Shown here in pieces: positions 21,675 to 33,663 of a stretch of DNA of 35,567 nt. This DNA is from Octopus sinensis. Its lineage: Eukaryota. The notes below the pieces were generated by a model that worked only from the letters and a program-made list of their open reading frames with translations, was not told the origin of the DNA and did not search any database. The stretch spans positions 1-35,567 of the forward strand of contig NW_021828092.1 in assembly GCF_006345805.1 (NCBI RefSeq), written 5' to 3'. The stretch's first letter is position 1. Every line of letters starts with the position of its first letter. The translations under genes and the position numbers were made by a program.

Positions 21675-22674
21675 ATGTATGTATGTATGTATACATATAT
21701 ATGTATGTATGTATGTATATGCTTATATATATATATATACATATATATATATTATATATATATTATATATATATAAAGACACACACACATATATATATTT
21801 ATATATACATACAAATGTATGCATAAAACTTGATATATATTGCTTGTATATAACATTTTATGTATAATTATATAATGTGTGTGTCTATGTGTATCAGTTT
21901 ACACACAGAGAAATTTGTATATATATATATACATATGCATATACATACATATATATGTATATATATATGTACAAATATGTATGTATATGTATGTATATAT
22001 ACATATATATATATGTATATGCAAATATAAATATATATATATATATATATAGCAAATATTCATACACATGTATGATATACACATGTACCACACACATATA
22101 CAGACACGCACACGCATACACATATAGATGGTCATAAATGAAAAGCTAAACAGCGTGGGAGGAGCGAAAGTGCTAATAGAAGCATATATTTATGTATGCG
22201 TTCGGTGTGTGTGCGTGTTTTGTATGTGTGTATGCGTTAGATGGAGAAAGAGAGAGAGAGAGAGAGTATGAGTTTGTGTGGTTGTATAATTATATCTCTC
22301 TATCTTTTTATCTACACCATACATGCTATAATATATGCATATAGACGTAAGTTGGTGCGAATGTATGAGAGTATGTCTGCATACATACAAGCTTAGATAT
22401 GTAACTATGCATATATCTGTATACGCGTGTGGGTGTCTGTATTGATATATATATATATATACATATGCGTATGGTATGTATAGTTATTCATATATACGCG
22501 CATGTGCATATATGTGCAACATATTTACGCATATATATATGTACATGCACGCACGCACACACACACATATACATATGTTCACATGTACTTATATATAAAG
22601 ATATATGTGAGTGTATACATATATATTATATATACATACATTCATGTATCTACATATAAGCATATATATTGATG

Positions 22675-22711
<37 letters not shown>

Positions 22712-22737
22712 ATACACATATATATCTACATATATAT

Positions 22738-22828
<91 letters not shown>

Positions 22829-22971
22829 CATGCATATATATATATATATATATATGAATGTATATAAAGCCATAAACACGCCTGCACGCAAACACATATA
22901 CATTTTATATTTGTGCGTTCGCCTGTCTGTAAGCATGGAAGTATCTACGATAAATGTATGTGTGTGTGTTT

Positions 22972-23003
<32 letters not shown>

Positions 23004-23060
23004 ACACTTCTTTATATATGTGTGTGCATACGTGTGTGTGTTTTTGCGCGTGTGTGTGTC
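21618..23060. repeat. Extended (TA)n/(CA)n/(TG)n low-complexity field
   Basis: Directly visible, with short unique spacers. Confidence 0.92.
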
Positions 23061-23452
23061 CTTATAGTGTAACTGAGTATCTGTTACACTCACAGAACAA
23101 TAGACTTCTTTTACAACTTAATCTTGGTGAAAAAGTAAAAAAGAAAAATAATATATATAAGAAAGGGAAAAAAAAAATGAACGTTGTCTGATATATCGCG
23201 GAATTTGATATTTGCAGACTTCCCACAGTAACTCTTTGCGTTGGTCCCATCATTTCCTTTCATGGAAACCAAAATTTCTACAATCACATCGTAGAATCGG
23301 ATGAAGAATTGATTTCCAACTCGAATAAATTCTTTTATTTTCACAGCGTTACTCCTTTACTGCAAATTCACAATTTCATTAATTTTTATTTAAACTTCGT
23401 AACTGTACAGAGTTATCGTTAGCTCTCTTGCATAGTTCGTACAAAAAAACAA

Positions 23453-23572
23453 AAATGGCTCCCGAAAATAAGTTGTTTTTTTTTACATAATTGTTTTTTT
23501 TTTACATAATTAAAAATGGCTCCCGAAAATAAGTTTTTTTTTTTTTACATAATTGTTTTTTTTTACATAATT
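23453..23572. repeat. ~59-bp tandem duplication, each unit containing a ~20-bp internal duplication
   Basis: AAAATGGCTCCCGAAAATAAGTT..TACATAATTG(T)nACATAATT, twice. Confidence 0.88.
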
Positions 23573-23699
23573 ACCGATAGAATAAGTACTGGTCTTACAA
23601 AGAATAAGTCCCGGAGTCGATTTACTCGACTAAAGGCGGTGCTCTAGCATGGCCGCAGTCAAATGACTGAAACAAGTAAAAGAGTAAAAGAGTAAAAGA
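23572..23699 (+). mobile_element. SINE family B 3' fragment
   Basis: ACCGATAGAATAAGTAC...GGCGGTGCTCTAGCATGGCCGCAG...(AAAGAGT)n. Confidence 0.85.
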
Positions 23700-23805
23700 A
23701 TTAACAATGACTTTTATATTATAGTATTTTCAAAGGATAAATTAAAGATAACACGCCATCTATTCTAAGATATGCATTGTATGAATATATTAGAATAAGC
23801 AAAGG

Positions 23806-24486
23806 AGATGAGCTGGCAGAAATGTTAGCACGCCGGTCGAAATGCTTAGCAGTATTTCGTCTGCCGTTACGTTCTGAGTTCGAATTCCGCCGAGGTCGAC
23901 TTTGCCTTTCATCCTTTCGGGGCTAAAGACAGAGGGAACAAACAAGGACAGACATAGGTATTAAGTCGATTACATCGACCCCAGTTCGTAACTGGTACTT
24001 AATTTATCGACCCTGAAAGGATGAAAGGCAAAGTCGACCTCGGTGGAATTTGAACTCAGAACGTAACGCAGACGAAATACCTATTTCTTTACTACCCACA
24101 AGGGGCTAAACACGGAGAGGACAAACAAGGACAGACAAACGGGTTAAGTCGATTACATCGACACCAGTGCATAACTGGTACTTATTTAATCGACCCCGAA
24201 AGGATGAAAGGCAAAGTCGACCTCGGCGGAATTTGAACTCAGAACGTAACAGCAGACGAAATACCGCAAAGCATTTCGCCCAGCGTGCTAACGTTTCTGC
24301 CAGCTCGCCGCCTTAGATTAAGTAAGTACCAGTTACGCACTGGAGTCGATATAATCCGTTTGTCTGTCCTTGTTTGTCCTCTCTGTGTTTAGCTCCTTGT
24401 GGGTAGTACAGGAATAGACAATTCGTGTGCCGCTACGTTCTGAGTTCAAATTCCGCCGAGGTCGACTTTGCCTTTCATCCTTTCAT
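23806..24486. mobile_element. SINE family A nest: plus-strand multimer interrupted by a minus-strand dimer (~23926-24317)
   Basis: The plus copy breaks after CTTTCGGGG and resumes at GATTAAGTAAGTACC. Confidence 0.85.
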
Positions 24487-24761
24487 CCTTTGCTGAACCA
24501 ATAACTTACGGAGACGTAAAAACACCAACACCAGCTGTCAAGTGGTAGTGACACACACACACACAAACACACACACATGCACACACAAGCACACATACAA
24601 AAATACACACAGAAACACACACACACAAACGCACACATACACAAACACATACACACGTACGTAAACACACACACACACATACACACACAAACACACACGC
24701 ATATATGATAATATAATTGATTAAGTAACCAGTAGATGAATTTGGTATTAGTCTTTATGTT

Positions 24762-24865
24762 GTACGACGATCGTTTCGACCCATCCTGCTACTGTCCTTA
24801 ACGGGTGGGACTTCTGGCATTATGTTGTGTTGCATCCATTTTGCTGTGTGGGTCACATCAGGTAC
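24762..24865 (-). ncRNA. Hammerhead-like motif with long stem II insert
   Basis: GTAC CTGATGT GACCCA-(~65 nt)-TGGGTC GAAAC GATC GT C GTAC. GUC triplet; A9 position altered. Confidence 0.5.
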
Positions 24866-25112
24866 CTCCATAGCAAAATTTGTAGAAATGATCCTCGTAC
24901 GAAATAAAGATTAATGCCAAATCCATCTTCTAGTTACTTAATCAATTACTATTATCTCAATTAACACTGTCGAATTTCTGAAGTAGATCCATTGGAAATA
25001 TACCCCGACCGCAGATGACACCAGGTAGCCCAAACTGTACCAGTGCTTTACTCAACACATTAACACACTAATCGACATATACCCATTAGTCCAAAATATT
25101 ACACACACACAC

Positions 25113-25150
<38 letters not shown>

Positions 25151-25191
25151 TCACACACACATATACGCACGTATATATGTATACAAAGGGC

Positions 25192-25345
25192 TTCCTTCAG
25201 TTTTCACCAACCAAAATCTACTCACGAGCCCTTGGTCACCCCTAGGCTATTGTAGTAGACACTTGCCCAACGTGTCGCGCAGTGGGACTGAACCCAGAAC
25301 CATATGACTGGGAATGAAACTTCGTACAACACAGCCACGCCTGCT
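25192..25345 (-). mobile_element. SINE family B head, degenerate
   Basis: Reverse complement of the head and CORE-like TTGGGCAAGTGTC block. Confidence 0.75.
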
Positions 25346-25399
25346 CCACGTGTGCATATCAGTGTGTATGCGTGAGCGTGTGTGTACAGGCGCGTACTT

Positions 25400-25452
<53 letters not shown>

Positions 25453-25989
25453 TGTGTGTGTGTGTGTGTGTGTAGGTGCGTGTGTGTTTAATGACACAAA
25501 TGTATGTCATACGACCTTATGCTCATATAAATCATGGCCCTCGTATTATAGTCATTTGTCAGTGTCTTACAACAAAATTGTTCTGTTAAAAATCGGCCAT
25601 CGTTCTTCTATTCTTCCTTACTTTCTCCCTCTATAATTCTAACAGATGTAGATTTGGATATTGTTGTATTGTTAAATATGTAAGCCTTGAGTCTTGCAGA
25701 AAAAGAAAAAAAGAACAGAAAGTAAGAAAAAAAAAACGAAAGAAAGAAGAAAACAGAAGAAGAGTGGTAAAGTTAAAAAACATAATGTTAAGTGATAGGG
25801 AAATTTCGCTCTGTTAACGCCGTTAATGCTTGCCATGGATTCCCATTAAGAAATCTGAAGGTATTAACATTAAGCGCCATTTTGTAAAAGGCGTTTGACA
25901 AATGATACAGTTAATATCCAGGACAGCTGTTGATTATCGCTCTCTGTCTATGTATCTCTCAAACTATTTATCTGTCAATTCAGGAAACA

Positions 25990-26007
25990 ATCTATCTATC
26001 TATATAT

Positions 26008-26070
<63 letters not shown>

Positions 26071-26170
26071 GCTAGCTAGCTAGCTAGCTAGCTATCTATT
26101 TATCTATCTCTCTGTTTGTTTCTCTATCTATTTAACAAACTATTTATCTATTTGTCTGTCTATCTATCTA

Positions 26171-26229
<59 letters not shown>

Positions 26230-26583
26230 ATACATATATATATGTGTGTGTGTGTGTATACCTATCTGTCTCTCTGTTTGTCTCTCTATCTATCTATCTC
26301 TCTATCTATTTAACAAACTATTTATCTATTTGTTTGTCTACCTATCTATATATGTGTCTCTCTCTTTCTCTTTCTTTCTTTCTCTCTTACTATATACCTA
26401 CCTACCAGCCTACCTACCTATCTGTCTGTCTATTTATTTATGAAACAGTCTATCTATCTAGATATCTACCTACCTACCTACTTATCCTACCTAACCTACT
26501 ACCTATCTCGTTATTTGTCTGTTTTTCTATTAATGAAAAAGTTCATCTATCTATCTATCAATCAATCTATCTATCTATCTATG

Positions 26584-26647
<64 letters not shown>

Positions 26648-26685
26648 CCCTCTGTGTTCAGCCCTGTGTGGCTAATAACGAAACA

Positions 26686-26739
<54 letters not shown>

Positions 26740-26755
26740 CCTATCTATCAATCTA
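25990..26755. repeat. (TCTA)n tetranucleotide field with a short (CTAG)n run
   Basis: Directly visible. Confidence 0.95.
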
Positions 26756-27341
26756 TTAAATTATTTGTTTATTTATTTTTCTTCGTATCTTTTCAGTATT
26801 TTAATAGACGCTTGTTAACCATAAACATATTCCCGACAATTACTCTAGCAGACACACATGGGATTGTCAGTCAATATTTCGATTTGCCAGGGATTAAAAA
26901 ACAGTGAATATATACCATTACTGCCAGAAGTTAGATAGTTCCTTTCTGTTTGTTTATTTTTGATTTTATTGTAAAAGAAACACAAATGATTTACATGGAA
27001 GAAATATATCCACTCTTCAATCCTTTTTTATGTTGTTGACATAGATGATAATTTTTCTTTGCTCTCCTTCTTCCCTTTCGCTTCGGCACTCTCCTCCCGG
27101 ACATATATATTGAAAATCATTTCTTTTCTTTCACAAGCTTTGGGCATTACATATTTAGTACTATATTATCCAAAACATTCTGCACTTTCTAGGGCTGCAG
27201 AATGAGATTTCAGACAGATTTAGCTGTTATTTCTTGCATATCAAGTGAATTGTGAGAGATTTCCCAGTTGGCTCGACATCTTCATATATGAAGGGGATTT
27301 TACAGTATTCTATTATATATATATATATATATTATGTATAT

Positions 27342-27393
<52 letters not shown>

Positions 27394-27491
27394 TTAAGAC
27401 AACAAAAGAATGAAAGCGACCTCGATATTATGTAAATAGAAGAATTTATCTGTAAGATAATATGTGGCAAAATGCATTTTTTGATTGCCTC

Positions 27492-27552
27492 GACAATTGA
27501 CGAGATGCCGGGGCAGATTTCCGCCCCGACATCCGAAACTCTGAGCCTTATT
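27492..27552 (+). ncRNA. Degenerate hammerhead-like motif within a repeat with short inverted flanks
   Basis: GACAA TTGACGA GATG-C-CGGGG...CCCCG-A-CATC C GAAAC TCTGAG C C TTATT. Flanks ATAATATGTGGCAA / TTGTCACATATTAT. Confidence 0.4.
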
Positions 27553-28329
27553 ATGGCAACCGAATAATTGTCACATATTATATATTATTTATATTATGTT
27601 ATATTATATATATATATAATTGTCTGATTACTTAAATATTGCGCTCTAGTATGGCTACAGTTGAATGACTAACGCGTATATAGCGTATATAAAGGAACAA
27701 ATGATTACATTCGCCAAGTATAAACATAACATTACGTCATCGACAAGACACGAAGTGGTGGACATCGTAACTAGTAATACCTCACGCCCGATCGACACTG
27801 TAATATAAAAAATAATTGTAACCGTCGAACGTGTTATGAACCAATCCCCGAAGTAGAAGAAGGAGGAAAAAGCCTGTAATTTCTTGGGCTCAGCATTAAA
27901 TCGTTACAAGCAGATTACTCTCTGAGGCCTAAAGTTTAGATATCTTATCACTTAAGCGATATTTCACACAGCCGCCTCTACCATCGTTAAACAATTCTGG
28001 TTTTGTTTGTCGTAGATTTCTTTTACAAAGCAAACTGGTTTCGGTAGCAGACATTAAACAGAAGAACTATCTACGTTGTTTCGCTACGCTTCTTTAAGAA
28101 ATAAGTATTATTTTTATACTCACAGATTTTAATAAGAATCTAGTGTACACCGAAAATCGTAGCACAGTTTCTTTCTGATGACGAATATGTTTAATAATTG
28201 TAACAGAGATATTTATATGAATACGGCAATAACATTAGAATTATTGTTATGGTTAAAAGCATTATGTATTACTAGCGGGAAATTCCACGGTGTAAGCCAG
28301 TATATTTGAAAACATGTTGATATATTGAT

Positions 28330-29030
28330 TTCAGATTTTGCCATAAGACCAGCAATTTTGGGGGATGAGATAAATCGATTCCATCGCCCTCAGTTCTCAC
28401 CTGCCACTTATTTTATAGACTGTCGCAAGGATGAAAGGCAAAGACGACCTCAGAGGAATTTGAACTTGGATCGTAAAGTCGGACGAAAAGGTACTAAGTA
28501 TTTTGCTAGACGTGCAAACGACTTAGCCAGCTCACTGCTTTACGGAAAAAAGAACAAACAAAAACAAAAAAAAACATATGCTAATATATTGATTTCAAAC
28601 TTTGGTTCAAGACCACTAACTTCAGGTGAGTGAGTAAGTCGCTTCCATCGACCCCAGTGCTCAACTGATACTTAATTTATTGACTCCGAACGGATGAAAG
28701 ATAAAGTGTACCTCGGCGGGATTTGAACTCACGACCTAACGTCGGACGAAATGCCCCTAAGCATTTTGCCCGGCGCGCTAAAGATTCAGCCAGCTCACCG
28801 CCTTAATAAACATTTCCACTATAGGCACACGGCCTGAAAAATTGGGGGAGTTGCGAATAGTCGATTACATCAACCCCAGTACTCAACTGGTACTTTAATT
28901 TATCGATCCCGACGGGATGAAAGGCAAAGTTCACCTTGGCGGAATTTGATCTCAGAACGTAACGACTGACGAAATATCGCTAAGTATTTTGTCCGGCGCG
29001 GTAACGATTCTTCCAGCTTACTGCCTTAAT
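28330..29030 (-). mobile_element. Three degenerate SINE family A2 copies in tandem
   Basis: Repeated GGATGAAAGGCAAAG..GGAATTTGAACT..CCAGCT blocks. Confidence 0.75.
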
Positions 29031-29271
29031 AATAATAATGTAAAAAGAAAAAAAAAACAAAAAAAAACATACAAATATATTAGACACAAGCAAAGAATTT
29101 CTAAATGTTTCTTTTGAAATTTTTCCAATTTATCTAAAGTGTACTTTTAAATATAATCGAAACGAACTTCAACATTATTGCTTAATTACCTTGTTTTAAT
29201 GTTCGACAGATATGTTCTATACCCAGCCCTTGACAAGACACTTCCTTTCACATTGTTCCAGTCTATGCAGC

Positions 29272-29348
29272 TGAGTCGACTTTTGAGTCGTACTTTTGAG
29301 TCGTACTTTTGAGTCATACTTTTGAGTCGTACTTGTGAGTCGTACTTG
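29272..29348. repeat. 13-bp minisatellite (TGAGTCGTACTTT) x~6
   Basis: Directly visible. First unit 12 bp. Confidence 0.92.
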
Positions 29349-29392
29349 TATTTCAATGGGACGGTTCTATTCTGTGTCATGCGGAATCTCAT

Positions 29393-29462
29393 TGAGAACT
29401 ACATTAGGTGTACACATCTCTGTGGAGTGTTCAGCCACTTTCATGTTAATTTCACGAACAGG
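29393..29462 (+). mobile_element. SINE family C tail fragment
   Basis: GAGAACTAC...CTGTGGAGTGTTCAGCCAC...TTAATTTCACGA. Confidence 0.7.
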
Positions 29463-29467
29463 TTAAC

Positions 29468-29945
29468 GCGGTGAGCTGGCACAAACATTAGCACGCCGGG
29501 TGAAATGCTTAGCAGTATTTCGTCTGTCTTTACGTTCCGAGTTCAAATTCCGCCAAGGTCGACTTTGCCTTTCATCGTTTCGGGGTCGATAAATTAAGTA
29601 CCGGTTACGCACTGGGATCGATATAATCGACTTAATCCGTTTGTCTGTCCTTGTTTGCCCTCTCTGTGTTTAGCCCCTTGTGGTTAGTAAAGAAATAGGT
29701 ATTTCGTCTGCCGCTACGTTCTGAGTTCAAATTCTGCCGAGGTCGACTTTACCTTTCATCCTTTCGGGGTCGATAAATTAAGTACCGATTACGCACTGGG
29801 GTCGATATAATCGACTTAATCCGTTTGTCTGTCCTTGTTTGCCCTCTCTGTGTTTAGCCCCTTGTGGTTAGTAAAGAAATAGGTATTTCGTCTGCAGCTA
29901 CGTTCTGAGTTCAAATTCCACCAAGGTCGACTTTGCCTTTCATCA
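29468..29945 (+). mobile_element. SINE family A1 head-to-tail multimer (184-bp units)
   Basis: GTATTT junctions at 29515, 29699 and 29883. Confidence 0.9.
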
Positions 29946-30268
29946 AACAAACAAACAAAAAATAATAATTTCTAATCTAAAGAAAAAGATAATTTGGTGA
30001 GAGGAATTGGTCGATAATAGTGATACCAGTATTTAACTGGTATCTATTTTATCGATACTAGAAGGATGACAGATTCCAAACTTTTGTTGTTCGCTTTTCC
30101 TTACCATAGGATACAAGATCACAATATTAAGGTAAGGATATGTAGTCATTTGAATAGATCAAATTCAACTCAAACTCATTCTATCAACAGACGGGAATAA
30201 TGGAAGAGCAGACTCTCCCTGGAGGATTTGAATTACAAATTTGATATCTTTTTCTTACTGCACTGAAT

Positions 30269-30635
30269 TAACTATTTCTTTACTACCCACAAGGGGCTAA
30301 ACACAGAGAGGACAAACAAGGACAGACACACGGATTAAGTCGATTACATCGACCTCAATGCGTAAAAGGTACTCTATTTATCGACCCCGGCAGACAATAT
30401 ACCTATTTCTTTATTACCCACAAGGGGCTAAACACAGAGGGAACAAACAAGGACAGACATAGGTATTAAGTCGATTACATCGACCCCAGTTCGTAACTAG
30501 TACTTAATTTATCGACCCCGAAAGGATGAAAGGCAAAGTCGACCTCGGCGGAATTTGAACTCAGAACGTAATGACAGACGAAATACTGCTAAGCATTTCA
30601 CCCGGCGTGCTAACGTTTCTGCCAGCTCGCCGCCT
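30269..30635 (-). mobile_element. SINE family A1 dimer (second unit internally deleted)
   Basis: Full minus copy joined at ATACCTATTTC to a partial unit. Confidence 0.82.
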
Positions 30636-31341
30636 TTACTGCACTCCATTAACTTTGAGTTTTTGGTTTAAGTGTGGCGCTTGAGTACAGAATAATCAAG
30701 ACATTAATTAACATAACCTTTCTTTCTTTCTTTGTTTCTTTCTTACCTTCTTTCTTTCCTTCTTTCTTTCTTTCTTTCTTTCTTTTATTTCTTACTCCCT
30801 CCTCTCGCACCCGCACCCTCCATGCTTTTATTCTCGCTTCTGGCATCACTAATTTCAATACCAGCCAGCATATGATGTTTGTTTGTTACAAGGGAACATA
30901 TTGCTGCAGCTTAGACGCTATTAATGCAAGCCTTTTTGCCTCCTCACTTAGTGCACAGAAAGATGCACTCACACAAGTGCAGATGTATATATGGATATAT
31001 CTGGTTGTATAAGAGAGTACGAAACAGAATGAGTGTCCATCTGTTGAGGTTAGTAATTCTTACGTTGAAAATGCCTGGAGTCGCTTACAATGTGAACTAG
31101 TACGGAATATAGCAATTATGTATTTCTTTTAGACAAATATCAAACAAAATACATAAACTGAGATTTACTTGATGCCAGGAGGAGCAGCAAACATTGTAGA
31201 AAAAAAATCTGCAAGAAATTTCCATAATTTGTCAGAACACCAGCATATTATTTCTTGATAATGCTTTAACTGAAGGTGGTGAATTGGTGGCTCAGTTATC
31301 CCAAGTGAATCTCTTTGTGGTGATTAGGTGCAGCTCGATAA

Positions 31342-31990
31342 GGCGGCGAACTGGCAGAAACGTTAGGACCCCGGGCGAAATGCTTAGCAGTATTTCGTCT
31401 GCCGCTACGTTCTGCGTTCAAATTCCGCCGAGGTCGACTTTGCCTTTCATCCTTTGGGGGTCGATAAATTAAGTACCAGTTTCGCACTGTGGTCGATGTA
31501 ATCGACTTAATCCGTTTGTCTGTCCTTGTTTGTCCCCTCTGCGTTTAGCCCCTTGTGGGTAGTAAAGAAACAGGTATTTCGACTGCCGTTACCTTCTGAG
31601 TTCAAATTCCGCCGAGGTCGACTTTGCCTTTCATCCTTTCGGGGTCGATTAAATAAGTACCAGTTACACACTGACGTCGATATAATCGACTTAATCCGTG
31701 TGTCTGTCCTTATTTGTCCCCTCTGTGTTTAGCCCCTTGTGGGTAGTAAAGAAATAGGTATTTCGCCCGTCGCTACGTTCTGAGTTCAAATTCCGCCGAG
31801 GATGACTTTGCCTTTCATCCTTTCGGGATCGATTAAATAAGTACCAGTTACGCACTGGGGTCGATGTAATCGACTTAATCCGTTTGTCTGTCCTTGTTTG
31901 TCCCCCCTTTGTGTAGCCCCTTATGGGTAATAAAGAAACAGATTCGGTACCGCTCCTTGTATTCTGAGTTCAATTCGTGCCGAGGTCTCT
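31342..31990 (+). mobile_element. SINE family A1 head-to-tail multimer (three 184-bp units plus a degenerate fourth)
   Basis: GTATTT junctions at 31390, 31574 and 31758. Confidence 0.9.
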
Positions 31991-32559
31991 TTTTTTGTTT
32001 GTTTTTCGCGTTTGACGCACCTGCAGTCGATAGAATAAATACTGGTTCATAATACTGATATTGATTTTATTGATTGCATCCAGCTTGAATTTTCTGGACG
32101 CGTTCCAGATTTAAAGTTTAATACAAACGCTATTGTAGACGTAAAACGAGAGTAATCTAGCCTCTTCGATTTTTTATGTTAGTGAACATCTGATATTACC
32201 AACTAAAATTATTTGCGTGCAGAGCAAAGTAGAATGCCTGTACACTGTCTCTCAGTCTGCTAGGAAGAGCGACCGAATCACTCTTTTACATTGGCTATGT
32301 TCGTGTAAAAAACTCACATAAGTAGCGTTGTCCTAAACATGCTATGTCAGAGAAAATCGGGATGGTCACAGCCAGAAGAATAGCATTTTGATAACGCTCT
32401 GCCTGTAAGAAACAGAATAGAGATCCCTCGTGTACAATTACCTATGCTCTCTCATAAAGGAAGGTCACTGTGTCAGAAAGAAAGTGGTATGTTTACGGCT
32501 GAAATGTTTCTGATCAGAAATTTGCTCAAGCAAAAACATCTTAATAATCTTGCTGCTGC

Positions 32560-32780
32560 CGGCAGCGAGTTGGATGAATCGTTAGCATGCCAGGCAAAAT
32601 GCTTAGAGATAGACTTTCTGTATGTTCTGAGTTCAAATCCCGTCGTTGTCGGCCTTGCTTTTTATCATTTCGGAGCCGATAAAATAAATACTAGATGAGC
32701 GCTGAGGTCGATATAATTGACTTAGCCTACCCACGAAATTGCTGACATTGTGCCAAAATTTGAAACCAGTAATCTCACTG
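32560..32780 (+). mobile_element. Degenerate SINE family A2
   Basis: GGCAGCGAGTTGG...GAGTTCAAATCCCG...GCCGATAAAATAAATAC. Confidence 0.7.
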
Positions 32781-32983
32781 TTGGTGCCATAAGCCAAACT
32801 GAATATCACTGCAAAATTCCACTGTAATGCCAAACTAAAATTAGTAAGTAATGACTATAGATAGCTAATAGTTACAAAGCACGGTTGTATAGAATTTTAT
32901 AGAGGTCCTGCTGCATGTAATTATTTTGAGCTGTGGATACCGAAGGAATATCATTTTATTTGAATGTGGTTTTTATTTGAATG

Positions 32984-33650
32984 TGCTCTTTCCAAAACTT
33001 GGATTATAACACCCTCAAGAAATTCAGACCTCAACTTCTCTGGTTTCTCTATTGATATTCTCCTTCAGTTGCTCCAGGGTCTCCGGTTTATTGACAAAAA
33101 CCGTCTCATTCAGGTATCCGCACCAGAAAAAAATCCAGTTTAGTCAAGTCTGGGGTACGTGAAGGACAATCAAGATGGAGCAACTTCTCATACCGCCAGA
33201 GAAACATGCAGTTGCTACGGTAGTGCTTTAGAGAGAGATTCATCTACCGCTATGGGAATATCAACTGGCCTTCACGTTCCCCAGAATTGACTAGCCCGGA
33301 TTTTCTCTTGTGGTGGATACCTGAAAGAGCGGATTTACAATAATAAACCGGAGACCCTGGTGCAGCTGAAGGAGGACATCAATAGAGAAATCAGAGAAGT
33401 AGGGTCTGAATTTCTTGAGGGTGTTATGGTGCAAGTTTAGGAAAGAGCATGGCCGTGCGTAGCCGAAAATGGCTGCCATTCAAGCGATGGCATTTTCATA
33501 TGTGATGTAGTGGCGTTGCAAATTTTAAACTCATTCATATCAATTTCCATTATGTTCCTTATATTGTATTAAAATTTCAAGCAGTAATTTAAAACGTTAA
33601 GGAAGTTATTAAAAACTGAAACCCATCAGTTATTTTGGGGACAGCTTGCA
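32984..33650 (+). mobile_element. Decayed rosa-like (DD41D) Tc1/mariner fragment with an inverted duplication of its C-terminal segment
   Basis: QDGATSHTARE...NWPSRSPELTSPDFLLW-GYLKERIY; 41 residues D-to-D after one frame correction. 32984-33165 is an inverted copy of 33269-33449. Confidence 0.8.
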
Positions 33651-33663
33651 TATATATATATAT

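Noticed and set aside
23111-23344. 77-aa ORF MKIKEFIRVGNQFF...
   Set aside because: No recognisable motif and no convincing splice context.
28030-28110. Weak hammerhead-like strings (TTAAAGA A GC-GTA-GC GAAAC AAC GT A; CTGTTTA...GAAAC), minus strand
   Set aside because: Core has 2 or more mismatches and stem I does not pair.
29272-29945. CRISPR-like appearance of the 13-bp repeat and the 184-bp arrays
   Set aside because: No unique spacers, no cas genes, and eukaryotic context.
30860-31330. Unique segment considered as a host exon or pogo remnant
   Set aside because: Stops in all frames and no diagnostic motif.
379-31487. Recurrent MRNWYLFNRPRKDERQSRPRRNL ORFs
   Set aside because: Antisense translation of SINE A.
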